DNA of 64,000 bases from a virus (Duplodnaviria; Caudoviricetes), in IMG/VR virus record IMGVR_UViG_3300022654_000689, one strand, 5' to 3'. Within the stretch, counting starts at the first letter, position 1; each line of letters starts with the position of its first letter. The notes under the pieces were generated by a model, which saw only the letters and a program-made list of their open reading frames with translations, ran no database searches and was not told the origin of the DNA. Below, piece after piece: positions 59,401-64,000 of the stretch. The position numbers and the translations under genes are program-made.

Positions 59401-59899
59401 CAGGATCGACTCCCCCAATTTTCTTTAACTCTTCTTGTACATATTTTTTACTAGCAAATTCCTCAACATTAACAATAACATCTAAGAAATTACCATTAAG
59501 AGTTATTATCTGTTTCATATCTTTTAATACTACTTCAAATCCGTCAGCTGAGATATTAAATACAAACATTACTTGGTCATTTATTCCAAAACAAACAACT
59601 TCAATTCTGTCATTATTATTTTCGGCAAGTCCTCTACCAATGTTTAATATTCTAGCTAAATTTGGATTAATATCAGTATATCCGAATATTTTTCCATCTT
59701 TTAATTGAAAATCTTCTTTGAAATCAACAGTTATATAATTATAAATTGCATTTTTTACGCCATCATTATCTAATAGTTTAAATGAATCTTCATAAACTAC
59801 ATAGCTGTCTCTAATTATTTCTAAATAGTTTTCCATATTAATTTTACCTAATAACGCATTAATTTCGTCACCAGTATAATGAATGTTATAGTAATTCAA
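56441..59899 (-). CDS. Long fibre protein with beta-helix-like insertion
   Basis: HYTGDEINALL N-terminus, KVDKVEGKSL repeats, GG-rich beta-helix-like segment, KMWYG C-module; TTG start, late promoter 59946-59935. Confidence 0.8.
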   Translation of the reverse strand: MNYYNIHYTGDEINALLGKINMENYLEIIRDSYVVYEDSFKLLDNDGVKNAIYNYITVDFKEDFQLKDGKIFGYTDINPNLARILNIGRGLAENNNDRIEVVCFGINDQVMFVFNISADGFEVVLKDMKQIITLNGNFLDVIVNVEEFASKKYVQEELKKIGGVDPEELAVIDAKLALKADKSEIPSIEGLATENFVRNAIAEAELGGGDQEIDLSGLATKDELANKVDKVEGKSLVDDAEIARLANVDNYDDSLLRDLISEKADKTDFHVHENKALLDTINDAKIIEWDNKFDMPADGLKFSHLGNDIKDEMAKIFPFSDIVDPLSGKVRDELLPEREGSISGDYVSKEDYEDFINNEWGIHRDDNDAHVLSGERDIWNAKYNKPDDGIPEEDLHQAVRDKINNAVQGIHIFGDDNLIRPELYKVPDLSNLATKDDLDQFKNYDDAELRGLIDNKVDKVEGKSLVDDAEIARLANVDNYDDTELREMIDGKAGKDELFSKDYNDLVNKPEIPSIDGLASEDFVNQKIAEAQLGGGENGEGIDLSGFATKEDLDAKVDKVEGKSLVADEEIARLANVDNYDDSELRVLIDEEKPYLTDVAAYPTSKFLFACGQPMTVEPNIGHKYDAEKPEDAVAFVYRWAEGFEAIVVEKEEAAKVYLVGGFGDRNIGARRSIPQTNMIVRDVKIKGLVGGCYFEGMVGHVNMEAENCEFVSVMGAGWCGASVNGKATRMNVVDDINIKMTNCKISSTFFGGSQGNGVADDVYAEFNNCEIGWVTAGGSNGMTRNAEIVLNGGSVKVAQSTNRGVVFKARFVLNDGIVQNLYFGGETEDATVNGIIEDGFVELNGGTVNNFKFGTDNGVEMIAEDVKGSIMDCVVNNGDISMLEKVERPVDEDLAYDDSELREMIADKADKSEIPSVEGLASEEFVNQQIAAIEHPQVDISGKVDKVENKSLVDDAEIERLAGVFNANYQFKINMIAAGEAASVSMQGDYPNITVVFNIPAGSVVEGGGEGEEEEPGTPKMWYGWIPYDESGVAGFSEVDHINENMTYDIMKFGIDNGTLIEAEPGVLGATEFLVGANGFLCTILPLDSNLIGLIDDGIGNAGTFSDFDTVSGLSLDDRTLVNKINGVTYKLSGMYDTNGGARYTIYVQEK

Positions 59900-60021
59900 A
59901 TTCTTCTCCTCCTTTATTTATTTGATATGACGCATAAATATTTGTTCACTGATGATTGATTTGAACGCCGATTTATATTGTCATAAATTTTTTAAATACA
60001 AATTAACAATACTTTTATATG

Positions 60022-60030
60022 CATATTATA
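60022..60030 (+). promoter_or_regulatory. Putative early promoter motif CATATTATA
   Basis: About 45 nt upstream of gyrB; recurrent motif. Confidence 0.5.
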
Positions 60031-60072
60031 ATAATGGTAATAGATTATATTTAAATTTAGGAGGTAGATATA

Positions 60073-62355
60073 ATGGCTAAGAAAGAACAATTAAATTCAC
60101 AAGTGTATAATGACGATTCGATTAATGTATTACAAGGATTAGAAGGTATAAGACAACGCTTTCACATGTATGTGGGTTCACAGCCGATATTCCATTGTCT
60201 AAAAGAAGTATTAGATAACAGTATAGATGAGGTTATGAATGGGTATGCAGATTTAATTACAGTTAATATAGATACTAAAAAGAATAAAGCAATTATACAA
60301 GATAATGGTAGAGGATTACCGAATGGACATAATAAAAAAATTAATAAGAATAATATTGAGATATTACACTGTATGCTCCATTCTGGTGCTAAATTCGATG
60401 GTAATAAAGAATTTAAAACTTCAGGTGGACAAAATGGTGTTGGTTTAAAAGCTTTATGTGCATTAACTAAGTACCTTAAAGTTACATCTGAAAGAGATGA
60501 TAATACTAGACGATATATGGAATTCAGTAAAGGTAAAGCAACATCAGAAGCAATAGACGAAAAGATTACAGGCAAAACTGGTACTAGAACCGAATTTATA
60601 CCAGATAAAGATTTACTTGGAGAGTTAGCTATATTTAATGTAGATCAAATTAAAGAAACTTGCAAATTAAGATGTTATCTTAATAAAGGGCTAAAGATAC
60701 AATTAGTCATAGATAATGCTCAACCGATTGAATATTACGCTGAAGAAGGTTTAGTTGACTATATAAATGATTTAATAGATAAACCATTATATAACGCTGA
60801 ATCTGTATATATGTCAGGAGAATTTGATGGAAATCAATATGAATTAGCATTTAATTTTGAAAACTCTACAGAAGAGAATATACAAGGTTTCTGTAATAGT
60901 ATAATACTAAGTAGAGGTACTCATGAAACTGGTTTCAGAAGAGCTATGACTACATTCTTTAGTAATTATATTAAAGAAAAAGGATTGTTAAGTAAAAAAG
61001 ATGAAAAGTTAGATATCAAAGGTGAAGATATTCGTAAAGGCGTTAGATGTATAATCAATATGAAAATTGATTCTCCAAGTTACCAGGGTCAAACAAAGGA
61101 TGAACTAACTAATAAAGAAGTTGTAGGTCATATCATATCATTATTAAATGCAAATTTATCAACATGGGCAGCTGAAAACGAAGGATTAATGAAAAAATTA
61201 TGTACTCGTATAATCCAATTTGCTAGAGCTACCGAAAACATCAAAAAGCAACAAGATAAGATAATAAAAGGTTCTACTACTTCGTTAATGACACTATCTG
61301 ATAAATTTATAGATTGTGTAACTGAAGATCCTGATAAAGCTGAGTTATTTATCGTTGAGGGGAAATCGGCTTCAGGCAGTGTCAAGAGAGGTAGAGACGC
61401 TGATTTCCAAGCAATATACGCATTAAAAGGTAAAATTCTTAATACAGTAGGGTCTTCAAGTAAAACTATAATGGCAAATCAAGAGATATCCGAATTGATA
61501 CAAATCCTATTTGGAGTTAGTAATTTTAAGGATATTAATATAGATAAAATTAAATTTAAGAAAGTAATTATTCTTAGTGATGCTGATGATGATGGAAATC
61601 ACATAGCTTCATTAGTAACATCTTTCTTTTTAGAACATTTACCTGAAGTTATAGAAAGAGGTTATTTATATATAGGAGTTGCACCTTTGTATAGAATAAC
61701 TTTAAGCAAAGATAAATTTAAGTATTTTAAAAATGATAGAGAATATAATACATTTAAAGTTAAGTATTTAGAAGAAAAATTTATAATAGGTAAATGTAAT
61801 ATTGATATGAATCATATTGTAAGTAACACTGATCAATTTTTAGAATTAGCTAATATAATAAGAGTCAAGTATAATATCAATAATGATATAATAAGCATAT
61901 TTATGCGTCAATCTTTAGAAGAAGCTTTAACAGAATGTGTAGACTTGGGATTAGAAGTTAATGGAAATTATATACAAGGATTATACGAAGATATTTGGAT
62001 AGATTTAACAGCGGATGAAGAATTTAAAAAAGATATACAAACACTTAGAAGCATTATGAATGAAGAAACAACGATAATATTTGGAGATATTGTTGAACAA
62101 GAAGAGTATGAATGTGACATACTTGATCTGGTGTTACATCTAGAAGACTCATTTAAATTTACTCGCTATCGCTATAAAGGTCTTGGGGAGTGCAACCCAG
62201 ACGAACTAGCTGCAACAACGCTAGAACCTAATAAAAGAGATCTACTTCAAGTAACTATGGAAGAATTAGAGTCTGCTAGAGAAGTTAGTAAATTATTCTT
62301 CGGAAACAATGCAGATAATCGTAAAGTGTTTATACAAGATAATATATGTAACTAA
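60073..62355 (+). CDS. gyrB: Type II topoisomerase (DNA gyrase) subunit B
   Basis: EVLDNSIDE, DNGRG, GGQNGVG, VEGKSA, LKGKILN, DADDDG, RYKGLGE. Confidence 0.95.
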   Translation: MAKKEQLNSQVYNDDSINVLQGLEGIRQRFHMYVGSQPIFHCLKEVLDNSIDEVMNGYADLITVNIDTKKNKAIIQDNGRGLPNGHNKKINKNNIEILHCMLHSGAKFDGNKEFKTSGGQNGVGLKALCALTKYLKVTSERDDNTRRYMEFSKGKATSEAIDEKITGKTGTRTEFIPDKDLLGELAIFNVDQIKETCKLRCYLNKGLKIQLVIDNAQPIEYYAEEGLVDYINDLIDKPLYNAESVYMSGEFDGNQYELAFNFENSTEENIQGFCNSIILSRGTHETGFRRAMTTFFSNYIKEKGLLSKKDEKLDIKGEDIRKGVRCIINMKIDSPSYQGQTKDELTNKEVVGHIISLLNANLSTWAAENEGLMKKLCTRIIQFARATENIKKQQDKIIKGSTTSLMTLSDKFIDCVTEDPDKAELFIVEGKSASGSVKRGRDADFQAIYALKGKILNTVGSSSKTIMANQEISELIQILFGVSNFKDINIDKIKFKKVIILSDADDDGNHIASLVTSFFLEHLPEVIERGYLYIGVAPLYRITLSKDKFKYFKNDREYNTFKVKYLEEKFIIGKCNIDMNHIVSNTDQFLELANIIRVKYNINNDIISIFMRQSLEEALTECVDLGLEVNGNYIQGLYEDIWIDLTADEEFKKDIQTLRSIMNEETTIIFGDIVEQEEYECDILDLVLHLEDSFKFTRYRYKGLGECNPDELAATTLEPNKRDLLQVTMEELESAREVSKLFFGNNADNRKVFIQDNICN

Positions 62356-62367
62356 GGGGACAATTTA

Positions 62368-62664
62368 ATGAGTAATATAAATGTAAAGGATGTAATTAAT
62401 GGTAGCAAAGGTAAAACAGAAAAACAGGGGGAACAGCTTGCAAAGGCTGTTCTTCTTGAAATGGAAAAGAATGAAAAAGTTGTAATAGATATGTCTAAAT
62501 TAATACTTATTAGAATTAAATTTTTTAAAACATTTGTAACAAAATTAAAGGAAAGATACCCTGACATTGATATTATTTTAGATAAATTAGAAATTGAGTA
62601 TAGCATTGACAATGATAAAGACATTATGCAAATGGTTTTTGAAAATGTATATGGAGGTATGTAA
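62368..62664 (+). CDS. STAS-like (DUF4325-like) small protein
   Basis: INVKDVI...EKQGEQL...EKVVIDMSKL....FF pattern. Confidence 0.6.
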   Translation: MSNINVKDVINGSKGKTEKQGEQLAKAVLLEMEKNEKVVIDMSKLILIRIKFFKTFVTKLKERYPDIDIILDKLEIEYSIDNDKDIMQMVFENVYGGM

Positions 62665-62665
62665 T

Positions 62666-63274
62666 ATGAATGAATTAAAGATAGTTTTAAAAGATAAATT
62701 CGCATTTATACCTAAAAAAGTTAAAGATCATAAAGATAATTTAAAATGGATATGGATGAGAAAGTATACTGAAATTCTTGTAGACGGTGAAAAAGTATGG
62801 AAAAATGTTAATGGGTGCATGATATATAAACCTGATATAGTTTCTCATGGTTACTATCTTCCAGTAATAGGGCATAGCGAAAGAGTTAAAAAAACTATTT
62901 TAGAAAACGTTAAAGATAGAATGAAAGGTGCAGAAGCGCCAGCACCTAAACCAAAGCCTCAGCATTCATCATATGAAATTGTATTAACAAGCGAAGAGTA
63001 CTATAATAAATTAGTTGAATTAGACGATATACGAGACGATACAGTTTATAAAATCCATAGACAAAATGGTCCAATACAAATTATCTATGTTCCAACAGAA
63101 AGAGCTATATATAATATATTTGGTGCTGATCCTGGAGACTTAATACTAGAAGAAATTGGAATTAAACTATACAAAGTTTATAAAGTTGATATGGTTAAAG
63201 GTAAAGACAAACAGATAATGCATATAACTTACCAATATATGTCTGATGGTAGTAGAGATTCAATACTATTTTAA
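62666..63274 (+). CDS. Hypothetical protein (start revised to ATG 62666)
   Basis: GGAGG RBS before MNELKIVL. Confidence 0.65.
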   Translation: MNELKIVLKDKFAFIPKKVKDHKDNLKWIWMRKYTEILVDGEKVWKNVNGCMIYKPDIVSHGYYLPVIGHSERVKKTILENVKDRMKGAEAPAPKPKPQHSSYEIVLTSEEYYNKLVELDDIRDDTVYKIHRQNGPIQIIYVPTERAIYNIFGADPGDLILEEIGIKLYKVYKVDMVKGKDKQIMHITYQYMSDGSRDSILF

Positions 63275-63322
63275 ACACATATTATAAAACTGCAGTATCA
63301 AATTAAATTAGGAGGTAATAAA

Positions 63323-64000
63323 ATGGCAGCTACTATTAAGTATGATATGAACCACTTATTAACAGATAAAGAAGAATATGCAGAAGTAAGAGATTCGATA
63401 TTTGATTCAATACAAATTAATGTAGAAAACAGAAGAAAACCAGTAATAGTCATAGTTGATGGTGAAGAATATGAAATGACAAGAGGTAATTTATTAACTC
63501 TATTAATATGCTATAGAGTATTCTTAGAAACTAAATGTACATTTAGCGAAGATTTCTTATTCGATCCATCAGACGGAGTAGATGAAATTAACAAGTTTAT
63601 GGACCACGTACTAGAATGGACATTATATCATTTGGAAGAAGAAGATTTCCAAATGGTTAAAGAAGTAATAACTCTAATCATATCAGATTTAGCAAATGTG
63701 TCAGGAGTTATAAACACAATCTATGGTAATACAATATCCATTAAATCATTAATAGATTTAGGGAAAAGAAATCCTGAATTTCATGATTTAATGAGAATGA
63801 AGTTACCAGAAGGTAATTTACAATTTAACGAAATTGAAGGTTATATTAAACATTCTTTAGATAGAACTACAGAGATATTATCGGAAGAAGAAAATGTACT
63901 ACAAACATTTATAGCAAGTGGATCTGGTATTAACTTAAAACAATTAGGGCAAGTTGTTAACATGATAGGTAATAAACCAGATTTGGACGGTACAATAATA
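63323..64000 (+). CDS. rpoC: Phage RNA polymerase beta' C-terminal subunit, truncated by window edge
   Basis: Not in ORF track; AGGAGG RBS, open for 226 codons; FIASGSGINLKQLGQVVNMIGNKPDLDGTII aligns by eye to beta' SGARG..QIRQ...MRG....DG.II; CATATTATA at 63278. Confidence 0.78.
   Translation, partial: MAATIKYDMNHLLTDKEEYAEVRDSIFDSIQINVENRRKPVIVIVDGEEYEMTRGNLLTLLICYRVFLETKCTFSEDFLFDPSDGVDEINKFMDHVLEWTLYHLEEEDFQMVKEVITLIISDLANVSGVINTIYGNTISIKSLIDLGKRNPEFHDLMRMKLPEGNLQFNEIEGYIKHSLDRTTEILSEEENVLQTFIASGSGINLKQLGQVVNMIGNKPDLDGTII

Noticed and set aside
60005-60016. Late promoter before gyrB (and similar AACA at 20302 and 63274)
   Set aside because: The bases at the N6 spacing are TT or AT rather than TA, so they do not match the consensus.
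60073-62355. Bacterial chromosome origin (gyrB, malQ, dnaB) or an intein in GyrB
   Set aside because: Context, split RNAP and phage promoter motifs indicate a phage. The extra C-terminal GyrB segment lacks intein C/S...HN ends and looks like the known GyrB insertion region.
1943-62705. Many short antisense/overlapping ORFs in the track (e.g. 1943..2212, 8068..8394, 28528..29031, 42837..43190, 60162..60575)
   Set aside because: They are shadows of longer genes with no RBS or recognisable motifs.
1-64000. tRNA or rRNA genes
   Set aside because: No cloverleaf/T-loop signatures noticed in the short intergenic regions; a tRNAscan run would be needed to be certain.

Overview
A 64-kb segment of a very AT-rich lytic jumbo phage of the phiKZ/AR9(PBS1)-like type. 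The host is probably a Firmicute/Clostridia gut bacterium (inferred from strong SD sequences and Clostridium-style tail modules). Evidence: split multisubunit RNA polymerase beta' genes (an N-half with DFDGD interrupted by a group I intron carrying a homing endonuclease; a C-half running off the right edge), SbcD/Mre11 nuclease, DnaB helicase, a frameshifted RecD/Dda-like helicase, GyrB, and an intact GH77 4-alpha-glucanotransferase (malQ). Two phage promoter motifs recur. AACA-N6-TA (13 sites, matching the AR9 late consensus) sits mostly before structural genes, and (C/T)ATATTAT(A/T) sits before replication/transcription genes. Layout: 1-2.9 kb, an array of 8 small paralogues; 5.5-19.2 kb, a late virion/baseplate cluster; 28.5-59.9 kb, a minus-strand cluster of fibre and receptor-binding genes. 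That last cluster is built from reused terminal modules, stand-alone adaptor mini-genes, hypervariable 26-aa LRR arrays and cassette-like paralogues. It is the best candidate here for an undescribed system: a colinear plug-and-socket fibre construction kit. All family calls are from motif recognition by eye; no database searches were run.
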